A stretch of DNA of 64,000 bases from Schmidtea polychroa (taxonomy: Eukaryota): positions 90,002,397 through 90,066,396 of the forward strand of contig CM097887.1 in the NCBI GenBank assembly GCA_044892525.1. The letters are read 5' to 3'. A program made the translations under genes and the position numbers. The notes beneath the pieces were generated by a model. It did not search any database. It saw nothing but the letters and a program-made list of their open reading frames with translations, and was not told the origin of the DNA. Of the stretch, positions 12,750 through 24,600 are shown piece by piece (positions within the stretch are counted from its first letter, which is position 1; each line of letters starts with the position of its first letter).

Positions 12750-15125
12750 GAGAATAAACTAACACAGAGTCAAGGAACAGTCAGAAGCAAAGTCAAATAA
12801 ATTTAATTAGACTATGTTTTGATCTAGGGCAGCGGTAGAAAAATCAGGGCTCTTTAATGACCTGAGTGCGGCTACAAATCTATTTTGACTTGCAGGTGCC
12901 AGCAAGCGGGTGTCGTTTGGGATAACGTAGCACAGAGTGCACCGAGTATCTGGCGCGGAATTACGCAAAAACACAAGTTGGATCATGTGCTAGTCATGGC
13001 TTGTCCTTCAGTGTGCACCTATGCTTGTTAGTGCCTGGCTTATCGAAAAGTCACACAAAATATACAACCAGTACACAGCTTCTGCGATCGTTCCTGAGAA
13101 CCTAGCTGCTAGCGATTTGATTGTCCGATGGCTGAGTTCAATGATCCCGTTTCTCGCTGGGCGGTTCACTGTTCTAAATACCAACTTAAACATTCCATTT
13201 ATCTGCTAATTCTTGAAATATTCTAGATCTAAAAGATAAGTAATTATCTAATAATATTTCACTTGGAGCTCCTCCTTCATATAGCACTTCATTTAAAGCA
13301 TTACATATCTCTTCTTCATTTTCATTCTTAATTTTCTTCCAGATTGCATATCTCGATGGCCCACAATCAATAATTGTCAAATATTTATCTTTAGCAAATT
13401 TAGCTACATCAATATTGAATCTATTGAATCATCCCAATTTCCACTGGATAGCCTCTTGATATATGAGCAAGCTGGCCGCAACCACCCAGACACAGAATAA
13501 ATTCCAACTAACTGGCCACATAACGAATACAGCTCTCTTCTTGAAAGTCCTTCGTTTAATTCATTTATCCGAATATTGTTTGATCTTTTCCAATGTAGTT
13601 CGTTATTCTTTCGAAATACATCAATACCTAAAACTCTTACACTGAGAGTATCCTTGACCTTTTCTTCTTCTTAACATATCAAACCAAATTTACGCATTTC
13701 TGCACTGACTTCGCTTGCTTTAACTTTAGATTCATCTACGAATATATCGTCTATGTATGAACTTGTGCTATTCTTGATTAATTCATTGTTGTTCAATACT
13801 TTATTCGCAATCTGTCATTATCGTTAGCCCCATATTCAATTCAAACCCCTTTCTCGTAAGCGCATATCTCTTTCCATTAACCATACAAAATTGATATCGC
13901 CACATGCTTTTATCCACGTGTATTATCTATATCAGTGGTGTCCAACCGAAATTGGTTACTGGGCCAAAGAAAAAAAATAAAAATATAATGTGGGCCGCAC
14001 GTATTTATTTATTATAAAAAATTTATACAAACTAAATTATGTTTTACATATACATATTACTTAATGTGAAACTTGTTTTTCAATTTTTTCAGATAATTTT
14101 TTTATGTCCACAGGTATTTTCGAAGTTGCACATCGTAATTGGTTTTTTAAATTTTCATCAGTTAATCTATTACGACTTTTACATTTAACAATCTTTAATT
14201 TTGAAAAAAAAGATTCGCAAAGATACATGGTCCCCATTGCAGCTGTAACGCTTATCGCTAGTTTTCTTAGATTAGGAAATTTATCATTGCATATGTATTT
14301 TTTATAAAACTGAACTTTATCATTGGCTTCAAACATATATTTTAATTCAGAAGATGACTAGAGATCTATTAACTCCATTTGCAAATTTGTTGGAGCTGAT
14401 TCCACAACAATGTCAAATGGACATAGGAAAATATTAAATATATTCTCATATTTCTTTAACTATGAAAATCTCTCCTGGAATTCTTGTAGTAAATTGGTAA
14501 TTTCTTGTGCATATTTCGAAAAATCTTTTTGTCACAATTAAATATATGTAATAATGGAAAGTGGACAGAATTTTTTGATTTTAATTGACTTTCATAAAGT
14601 TTCAATTTTGTTATGAATGCTTTTATATTTCTATAACAGTCTGTGATCAACTGTGTTTTCACCTTGAAGATGCCTATTCAGTTCGTTTAATTTCATAGTA
14701 ATATCTGTAAGGAAACATAAATCCAAAAGCTACTGCTCATCATATAATTCAGGAACATTTTGGTCATTTTCATTCATAAAAATTCCAATCTCTTCTCTCA
14801 AATTCCAAAAAAATCTTAAAAGTAACCGTTTTTTTGTATAAAAAAATAAATAAATACACATTAAAAAAAATTTTGAACGCACATGTGATATTTTACTACA
14901 ATAAAAATTTATATTTGATATTTCATTACAATAAATATTTAAACAAAACGGGCCGCACAAAATTATTGAATGGGCCGCAGGTTGGACATAGCTGATCTAT
15001 ATTGCAAATTCTTTACTTAAACATCTCCATGATCGTAATTTTTCAGAACAGATATCTGCATTCCCACTATATACATCAATATACTTATTGATACTCCTAA
15101 AGTCAAATACTGGACGCATTTTCGC
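12750..15125 (-). mobile_element. Decayed Gypsy LTR retrotransposon pol (RT, then integrase), interrupted by a hAT insertion
   Basis: Minus strand: KMRPVFDFRSINKYI (~15120), then after the hAT ...YQFCMVNGKRYALTR...SSYIDDIFVDE (RT YIDD, ~13740). Integrase core: TIIDCGPSRYAIW...ILLDNYLSFRS...NGIIELSHRTIK (13008-13380). Many stops and frameshifts. Confidence 0.8.
13933..14994 (-). mobile_element. hAT (Buster/Charlie-like) internally deleted element with C-terminal transposase remnant
   Basis: TIRs CAGTGGTGTCCAACC / GGTTGGACATAGCTG and a perfect 8-bp TSD ATCTATAT. ORF 14061-14336 KFPNLRKLAI...TMYLCESFFSKLK...NRLTDENL matches the hAT dimerization domain. Confidence 0.9.
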
Positions 15126-15177
15126 TTTATTTAACTGAATTAACTGAATTAACTGAATTATACACAATCTGTGTATC

Positions 15178-15402
15178 CGGATGTTTCATCGCCGGACGAT
15201 TCATCAAAGGGACTGTTCATCACAGAATGGTTCATCGAGAGAACAGTTCATCATGATATATTAATTTGCTTTGGCTATATCTTACTATACGTATTACTAT
15301 GTTACAATAAAGTAAGTAGACAAATTAATAAAAATTGCAAAGAAAACCTCCATTCCGTTGAATAACCATCCTGTGGTGAACAGTTCGACGATGAAACGTC
15401 TT
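15178..15402. repeat. Imperfect inverted-repeat (MITE-like) element
   Basis: GATGTTTCATCGCCGGAC..CTGTTCATCACAGAATGGTT is mirrored by the reverse complement of CCATCCTGTGGTGAACAGTTCGACGATGAAACGTC. Confidence 0.5.
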
Positions 15403-15749
15403 AGAATCGCAATCTGAACTCCACCGAAATAGCAAACGTGATCCCAGCTCACCAACTGGCTGATGCAGATCCAATCAGACGGACTACTTCATGCGTCGGG
15501 TCCTCTCTTCTTGTGAATTCATCCATCCTTCATCGCGCGCTACGTCTTCAAGTACATGGATTCCTCAACCTGTTATAGACTTGAGTGCCACAAGTCCTTC
15601 AGCAAATCCACTAATACAGAAGGCAAAAAAAAGGTAATAAGATCAGTTTAAAAAATTTTTCAATGCATGTTAATCTTTTCAAATACTTACTACCCGCCGT
15701 TACCCAGTGCTTAGCAGAACTACTGCTATATATCATTCATAGCACTGGG

Positions 15750-18099
15750 CAGAGACCCCTTGCTATCTTAGATACATCTTATAGAATCTTTTCAGCGATA
15801 ATAAACAATAGACTTCTTGAATGGGTAAAGTTAAGGGGCCTTATTAGTATCAACCAAAAAGCAATAGGTATACCAGACGGTTGTTCTGAACATAATATAA
15901 CCCTCACACTAGTAAAAGAAAGAGCAATTCGCAATAATAAAGATATTAACATCATATGGCTTGACTTAGCAGACGCCTTTGGAAGCATCCCACATAAACT
16001 AATTTGGCAAACACTGATAGAACTAGGTATTAACAACAACACGTTGAACGTATTTAAAGACCTATATAGCAACTGTAAAACACAATATGACTGTGAAGGG
16101 CAACTCACTAGCGAAATAGAAATACATAACGGAGTTAAGCAAGGATGCCCAATGTCCATGACACTTTTTTGTCTGGCAATAGACTTCATACTTAAGGATA
16201 TACTAAATAAATTCCCCTTAATAATTAGTGAATATAATGTCAGCATATTGGCGTATGCTGATGATATTGTTCTAATATCAGACTCCAGAGATAACATTAA
16301 GGTGATATTAGAACATATAATCAACCTAACCGATAGATCTAAGCTAAAATTCAGACCAAACAAATGTGGATATTTCCAACTACTAAAAAATCATTCTGAC
16401 ATCCCTCTAACAATATACGACGAAAAGATCCCGATTATAGATAGCGATAACATTTATAGATACCTAGGTGTAGGTTTTGGCGAAAAGGGAAAACACAGCA
16501 TTGATGACATTTTATCTAAAGCACTAGAAGACGCAAATATGATCTTTACCTCTGACCTACACCCAGCACAGAAACTACATGCATATAAAACCTTTATACA
16601 CTCCCGATTTATTTTTCCTTTCCGAACATGCACAATCAATCATATGATACTTGACTGCAATAGGAATAAAGTAGTGCAGAATAGAGAAAAACAACTAGGC
16701 TATGACCAAAAAATTAAACGAATAATTAAAAACGAACTAAAAGACATACACCAAAATCTTAATAATAACTTTATTTATGCGAACTGCTCTTTAGGAGGAT
16801 TAGGTATCACATCATCCATTGATGAATACCTAATCCAAAGTATCACCCAATTTATTAGGATATTTAACTCAGATGACATTAAGATGAGAAATTTTATATT
16901 AAGTGAACTTATTGAAATAGTCAAAATTAGATCATTAAATAAGGAAATCAATATTAATAATGCCCTAGACTGGCTTAATGCAGACTGTAAGGGGGACATA
17001 AGTGGTAAATTTTCAACAATTTTTTCAAAATTTAGGGAATCATGTAAGAGAATCCGCGAAAAATTCAATATTCAATGCAAAATAATAATTATTAAAGGCT
17101 TTTTTAACCTAGAAATAAAATACAATAATGAGATTAATTATATAGATAAGAATAACCTAGAAGACACATCCTCGGCATTACATAATATTACAAGTAGATG
17201 GTATGCTGAAAAATGGTATGACATGATCCACCAGGGACACATATCAAAAACAATAGGAAACAATAACTTATCTGCATACCCAATAAAATCAACTGACCTT
17301 ACCGACAATCAATATTACTTTATAATTAAAGCACGCAATAACATGCTCAGTCTTAATTACACAATAAATAGGCACAAAGAGAACCAAAACATACTCTGCA
17401 GATTATGCAGCAAAGACTGGGAAACACAGGCACATATTTTTAACCACTGCACCAAAACACAAAATGCTAGGAGAAATAAGCACAATAGAGTATTAGAAAT
17501 AACGTATAAATATCTAACCTCCAAAAACTTTAATGTTGACACAGAGAGAGCACCACCAGGAACAATAACTACACTAAGACCTGACTTAATTATAACTTCA
17601 AATAGAAACAAAAAAATACACCTACTTGACATTAAGGTACCGTATGACACAATAGAAAATTTTAACAACGCTAGAGATAACAATTTTGAGAAGTATAGAA
17701 ACTTGGCTATTGAAACTGGCACTGCAAATAAAACTAAAACTACATTATATGCACTTGTTGTAGGGACTTTAGGAACCTGGGATATTAACAATGATAAACC
17801 CTTAAGAGATATAGGATTAACTGATAGGGAAATTAACATATTAGCTAGGAAATGTATTATAACAGCGATCACAGCGAGCTATAATATCTACATGGACCAC
17901 ATTTTAAACACTTTAACTGATAATTAATATACTATAATATTATATACCAAAATTACTTTAATATCTACTACGTAAATTTGAATATATTTGTGAATATAAT
18001 ATACATTGATTACTTTACCTATACTATACTATAATGTACTATTATATCTATACTATAATAACGTGGTTTTCGCTCCAAAAAAAAAAAAAAAAAAAAAAA
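15750..18099 (+). mobile_element. RLE-type non-LTR retrotransposon copy A: 5'-truncated, RT-CCHC-RLE ORF intact to stop at 17927, AT-rich 3' UTR, poly(A) 18077-18099
   Basis: RT motifs GCSEHN, WLDLADAFGSIPH, GVKQGCPMS, AYADD (16254), YRYLG. CCHC knuckle CRLCSKDWETQAHIFNHC, RRNKHNRV and RLE motif RPDLII...LLDIKVP. Homology to copy B starts at RPLAI (~15754); the ORF-track N-terminus upstream of that is probably flank. Confidence 0.95.
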
Positions 18100-18380
18100 T
18101 ATTTATTTACTTGATATGCTTCTATAGTGTGTGAACCTTCTCTTGTTTATTATGGTTGTATATTGACGTCTGATTTGATCTTTTTATCATACGAACTTTT
18201 TATTAAGGACTTGTGACGGCCAGTTTTTGTCCTTAGAGCATCGTGATGGCATTTTGACTTTTTTTTTTTTGGCTTTACAAACTGGTTTTTTGGTGATTCA
18301 ACCTTTTTATTGCTTGTCGTACTGTCTTTGTGTGCTGTTTGTGTAATACTCCATTTAAAAAAAAAAAAAAAAAAAAAAAA

Positions 18381-18620
18381 CCTACGATAACGAAACCTAC
18401 GATAACGAAAACCTACGATAACGAAAACCTACGATTAAGAAACCTGCGATTATTAAACTTATGATAAAGAAACCTACGATAACGAAACTGACGATAACGA
18501 AACTTACGATAAAAGAAACCTATGATAAAAGAAACCTACGATAAGAGAAACCTACGATAAAAGAAACCTACGATAAAAGAAACCTACGACAAAAGAAACC
18601 TACGATAAAAGAAACCTACA
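18381..18620. repeat. Tandem repeat, ~15 units of 15-16 bp, consensus CCTACGATAA(C/AA)GAAA
   Basis: Units were counted directly; the array begins immediately after a 24-nt A run (18357-18380). Confidence 0.95.
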
Positions 18621-21600
18621 AAATCAGAAGGAAATCAGCCTTGATCCCTAAACCAGTACAAGGCTTGGACGGGAAAAAAATAGAAAAATTCGGTTGTTTA
18701 GCTTTGGCCGCTGGCCGAAACTCGTCCCGTAAAAAGGACCAACCTGTCTCTTCGGAGGCAGGCTTTCATGAAATAAAATTTTGATAAATCGGCTGAGGAC
18801 TCAGAATATGACGATACGCTTATTGATGGAAGAAGCTCCAATCCTGGAGATATCAATAAGAATAAATTATTTTTAACACAGTCTAATCTCCTTTCTAGAT
18901 CCGATAAAGCTCCTTCAAACAGAAATGGAAGAAGCTCCAATCCGGTAAATTGCATTAAGGATAAATTATTTTCAACATTTCCTAATCTTCCTCCTAGAAA
19001 TGATGAAATCCGATTCCTTGAATCACCTTATGCCTCCTGCCCTGATGTACCGAATCTTGATGCTCCCAGGAAACCAGACGATTGTGAGACGATGGCTAGC
19101 AGATTTTGTCCTGCCAGGAAGATCCTGAAGAAATACGGAATCTCTCCCCCTATTTATGATATTATTGCTCCAGAGAATGCAACCTCGGACCCGACCAGAG
19201 ATACTTCCTGGAAAGCCTTTTGCCCTGCTCGTAGGATTCACATCCTAAATAAAAATAAAGGTAATTATAATCAAAATTTCTACAATGATTATAATCAAAA
19301 AAATTCTATTCACGAATTAGATAACAGTAATTTTAACTTTAATTATGAGAATGCTAAATTAATCTGTAATAATTGTAATTGCAATTTAAATAGTAAAAAT
19401 TGTAAAGTAATTTTTGATAACCATAATTTAAATTTTAAAAACTATGAATTAAAATTAAACTGTAATAATTGTAATTTAATTAAATCTAATTCTAAATATA
19501 CTTACAATTTAAATGATGAAAATTTAAATTGTGATAATTATAATCTAGAGGATAAAAATGATAATTGTGAATTAAATAATGACCAAACTAATTATAATTA
19601 TGATAAATTTTTTAAGAATAAAATTAAATATGTTATTAAAAAAATAATTACTGATTATAATAAAAATCAAAACTCTACAGAAAGACTTTCTAACGAATTA
19701 ATTAGCATTATCTTTATTAATATTTCTAATTTTATTAACATAAATAAATTATCCATATTAAACAAAAATAAATCTTTGTTTAAATATCATTCATTTAATC
19801 ACGCTTTTTCTCTAAAAAATTTTTCTGGAGATATCAATAAGAATAAATTATTTTTAACACAGTCTAATCTCCTTTCTAGATCCGATAAAGCTCCTACGGC
19901 CGACTCGCATCTTCAAAGACAGTCACCTTCAGCGGAAATCCTGTTAGTCTTTCACCTACCTTAGAACATTCAACCGGAAAACAAACCTCAAATTCACAAG
20001 CTACTGATACCTTTCTTACTTCTGTGAATAAGCCCAATTACTTAGCTAACTCTTCAAATATCCCCACTATACCTCAAAATCTTTCAAATAACAACCTTGG
20101 AACTTCAATGAAACGTCATTATTCTGAGCCTATTCCCAATGACTTCATCCATAAGCCCAAGGATCTTAAAAACCTTCCTCCAACTTTTAACGATAACAAT
20201 AGTAAAGTAATAAAATCTTGTTTTGTTAAAAAAATCATACGTAAGGGTAAATACACAACCCTCTACTCTATTTATAAAAATAAAAAGAAAATTAATAATT
20301 ATGAGAACAATACTGATGATTCCCTCATTGCCCTTCCTCATGTTAAACGCTCTCCATTAAATGATACTATTGACAATGACTCTGATCTCTTGCCTAACCC
20401 CTCGTCCTCCTCTTGCTCTGAATACATTCTTGACACTTGACACTACAGCTGTGACCTTGATGACACCATTGACCCCCTTCCAATGGATGAGTCTAATTCT
20501 CAAACTCCTCACAACCCTTCTCAATCTCTTGTAAATCCCCAGCCAAATAATGATCTTTTTAACTCGGACATAGATGATGTGAATCTATCGAGCAGCAGTG
20601 TAGCCTCCATCGACCAAGAACCACCTCTCCAACCCACAGCCTCTTCCTCTTCCAACAACAACACTGACCTACACCCTATGACAACTGCCTCTCTTCATAA
20701 TACGCCTGAATTTATTCAATCTAAAACTACCAACGCTACTGAGCTTAGCAGTACACCTAAAGTCACCGCACCTACTCCTTCTGAATCTGAATGCAACGAA
20801 ATCCAAGAGGCATTAAGAATACAATCACAAATGGAAGTATTTAATAAAAAAATACAAGTGATTGCGAATAATATCCCTGCCCCATCTCCTAATTACCTCA
20901 CACCCATAACATTGGCCAAACACACTCGCAATACCTTCGTCCCAAAAACAGCAGATGAAAGTGAACTTGATAACAAAATACTTCTCAAACTTAATGGTAA
21001 GGGCAAAATCGAATGCAGGTCCAAATGCAGGACAACACTTTGCAGTCCTGTTTCTGTCCATAATCGCAAAAAAATCTTTAAGCACGCGTGGGACTTTCAT
21101 AGATTAAAAATTGACGAAAATACTCTTATCGATTGCATTCAATGTAGAACTCCTGGTGAGAATAAATTTGCGCCAAATCCAATAACTTTCAAACAAATTT
21201 ATAATCACATCATCCACTTTCAACACATAGACCAATGCGACCTGGAATATATGAGCCGCGCTGAAATCCGGATTTCACCCTCCAATAACCTCATATGCTT
21301 CAACTATAGTAAAAATCGCAATAAATGTAAAACCATCTTTGACATCGACACCCCCCTTATGACCATTATTATCCACATAAAGGTCAAACATAAAAAACTT
21401 ATCTTTTACCCTGACGAGGAAATATACTGCTTCTGTGGATCATGGATCTCCCATCACCTTGTTCGACAACATATCCTCGAATATCACCCAGAACCTTATG
21501 TGTATCCAGGCAATATCCCCACTCCGCTTGTGATTTCCCAGATACAGGATAGCCTCCCTGAAAATGTGAACAACTTGCGCCCTATTCTTGAGTCGCAAGA

Positions 21601-24600
21601 ATTTGAGGCTACCTTCTCTGAAAGCGAAATTGTCAAACGTCCCCTTCCTGATACCCTTATCTTCGGTAATAATGTTGAGAAGGAGTCGACATGATGGTCA
21701 CAACATGCAATCAAGGCATATATCTTTTCAAATGCCTTGAAAAACTCTTCTATTTTTGTAGACCCATTCATAGGAAATGCACTTATTCAGCATAACTATG
21801 TAACCTTCTTTGCCACCTTTCCTTTCTCTGAATTTGCTCACTGGAATGAGATTATCATGCCCATGTCTGATGGTAAAGACAACTGGTTCTTCTTTCTACT
21901 TGACAAACATCGTAAACTTGCTGTACTCATTGACCCGCTTCTTGATGATAGCCTCTCTACTCACCTCTTATTAGCTCAGAATATCCTTGAAACCATTCTT
22001 GATCTCCAAAAAATTGTAAGCCCTGTCCAAATTGTACTTCAAAATCCTGCATACCCTCGTTGCTTCGTACCTACAGACTCTGCTTTCTATATATGCCACT
22101 TTATCGAATGCCTTATTAAACGTAAAAAATTAACTTGTCCTAATGTAACTAATATGATTAATGATATTAAAACTACTATAAATAATTATAATTATTGCAA
22201 ATTGCCAAATGATGATGTGCGGAAATTCCGACCATTTATCAATTGTCTAATTATTAATCTAAATAACAATCTAATTGAATACGATGCTGCCTTAAGTGAG
22301 ATTGAGAGAATTAATGGAAGCATTAATCTTCATAAATACATCACAAAGAAAGCATCGGACGTTATTCACAAAAATTATAAGGTTAGTAAAGAGCTGGTAT
22401 TTACCAAGAGACAAAAATATAAATTTGCTCCTAAAGAGGAAATTTCAAAAATCTTAAATAATCAAATGAAAACACATACACCAAATATGGATCATATTTT
22501 AAAACTTTTTGCTAGCAAAACCTCCGATTGCACATTTAACCTTAACTATCAGTACCCAGCACTCTCTGAATCATTAACCATCATTCCCTTTGACATTGAT
22601 GACATTAAAAGTATCTTCTGCCAACTCGACAATACTGCCCCTGGTACCGATAAAATCTCCCTAAGCGATTGGAGAAAGATATCTCCTAACTTTGAGCTCA
22701 TCCTTGCCTTATGTAACAACATCCTTCGTAATTCCAGATCACCAATATGCTGGAAATCCTTTCGTACCCGACTCATTCTTAAAGCTGGTAAAGCTGAAAT
22801 AAGCCATGAGGCTAACTCTTGGAGACCGATCTCAATAATGAACACTGCCTATAGGATATTCGCCTCACTGATGAATAACCGTCTTCTTGAATGGATCAGT
22901 ACAGAAAATCTCCTAACATCTAATCAAAAAGCTCTCTGCGCACTGGATGGATGTGCTGAACACAATCTCATCCTACACCTTATAAAAGACTCTTCTTATC
23001 ATAAGAAAACTGACCTACATATCGTTTGGCTGGATATAGCAGATGCCTTTGGATCAATCCCACACGAACTCATCTGGCACACTCTTTCAGGGATGGGTCT
23101 CCACTCCACTACTATTGCTCTTCTTCAAGACATGTACAACAATGTACAAACTTACTTCGATTGTGAGGGAGAAAAATCTGATTATACACCAATATATAAA
23201 GGCGTGAAACAAGGCTGCCCCTTGTCCATGACTCTGTTCTGTCTATCCATTGATTTCATACTCCGCAGTGTATTACAAACTCATCCATTTCTTTTTCATA
23301 ATCACAACATTAGCATCCTTGCATATGCTGACGATATAGTACTCATATCCGATTCTTATCCCAACATCAAATCGGCCCTATCTCTTACTGTCTCCCTTGC
23401 AACAAAAGTCAATCTGCATTTTAAACCTTCGAAATCTGGATACTTCCACGTTGACCACGACTGCAACTACCAACCCATTCTACTCTACGGCGAAACCCTA
23501 CCAAAAATTGATGATTCTAATATGTACAGATATCTAGGGGTAGACTTCTCCCATAAAACTAAACACTGCATCAAAGAAAGACTTGACTCTGCAATTCAGG
23601 ACACAAACAAAATTCTCAACTCTCATCTACATCCTTCGCAAAAAATTAACGCCTTTAAAGTCTTCATCCACTCTCGCTTGAACTTTACCTTTAGAAACTG
23701 TGTTATAAACCATAACATTCTAGACTCTCCCCGCAACATCCTTCGTAACTCTGAAATACAACAATATGGATTTGACCTGCAAATTAAACAGGGTATTAAA
23801 AGATCCATCGGAGATAAGATAATGCAACTGAATGACAATTTCTTATATGCAGCTTGCAAGCTTGGAGGACTTGGACTTGTATCTTCCATTGACGAATATC
23901 TTATCCAAAGCATTGTCCAGCTTATTAGGGCATTAAACTCCAGTGATCTTAACTTTAAAAATCTCATCACCTCCGAACTTATTGAAGCTAGAGGACAGGG
24001 AGATCTAAATGTCGCACTGTCTTGGCTGAATGGCCAGCTATCTAAAAGCTATCCAACTTTCTCCATCTTCTCGAAATTTAAAAAATCCGCCCGACGTCTG
24101 CTTCACCAATATGGTATATCAACCAAAATAATAATGCTTGAGGACCTCTTACAGCTTGAAATAAAATACAAGAGTCGCATCAATTATTTCTCCCTTGGTA
24201 ATGTAGATAAAACGTCAGCCGAACTACACTCTATTATTGGACTCATCTATGCTGAACGTTGGTGTGCGATGAAATGCCAGGGTTATATGGCAAAAGCAAT
24301 TAGTGAAAGCTGCATTGCGGACTATTTCTTTAAAAGTGACATCCTGCCTGATGCCCAATTCCTTTTCCTTATTCGCGCACGCAACAACATCCTAAAACTG
24401 AATTACTCTCCACACCACCTAAAGACTAATAAGTCAATACTCTGCCGACACTGCCATGCTCACCCAAAAACACCTGCACACATCTTCAATCATTGCCAAG
24501 CGCGTATTAATGCACGACGAAATAAGCATGACAATGTCTTACAAACCGTGGCAAACTTTCTTATCTCTATCAACTTTGAGGTAGACATAGAGAAAATACC

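Noticed and set aside
15600-15700. U2 snRNA or spliced-leader target sequence at the retroelement junctions (e.g. TAAGATCAGTTTAA)
   Set aside because: Only short coincidental matches; no contiguous U2, SL, rDNA or tRNA sequence was recognisable.
18488-18503. CTGACGA-TAAC-GAAAC, resembling a hammerhead ribozyme core, within the tandem array
   Set aside because: It arises from a single variant repeat unit, has no stem II closing pair and no stems I/III; likely coincidental.
18381-18620. CRISPR-like array
   Set aside because: The units are directly adjacent with no unique spacers, the context is eukaryotic and there are no cas genes.
18700-18730. GGCC-GCT-GGCC-GAAAC-TC-GTC, resembling hammerhead stem II/III
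   Set aside because: The required upstream CTGANGA core is absent (TTTAGCTTT instead).
20438-21694. Possible TGA codon reassignment explaining the in-frame TGAs
   Set aside because: TGA terminates the Tc1 transposase at its expected C-terminus (GGPTSY-TGA), and no host exon traced needed TGA as sense.
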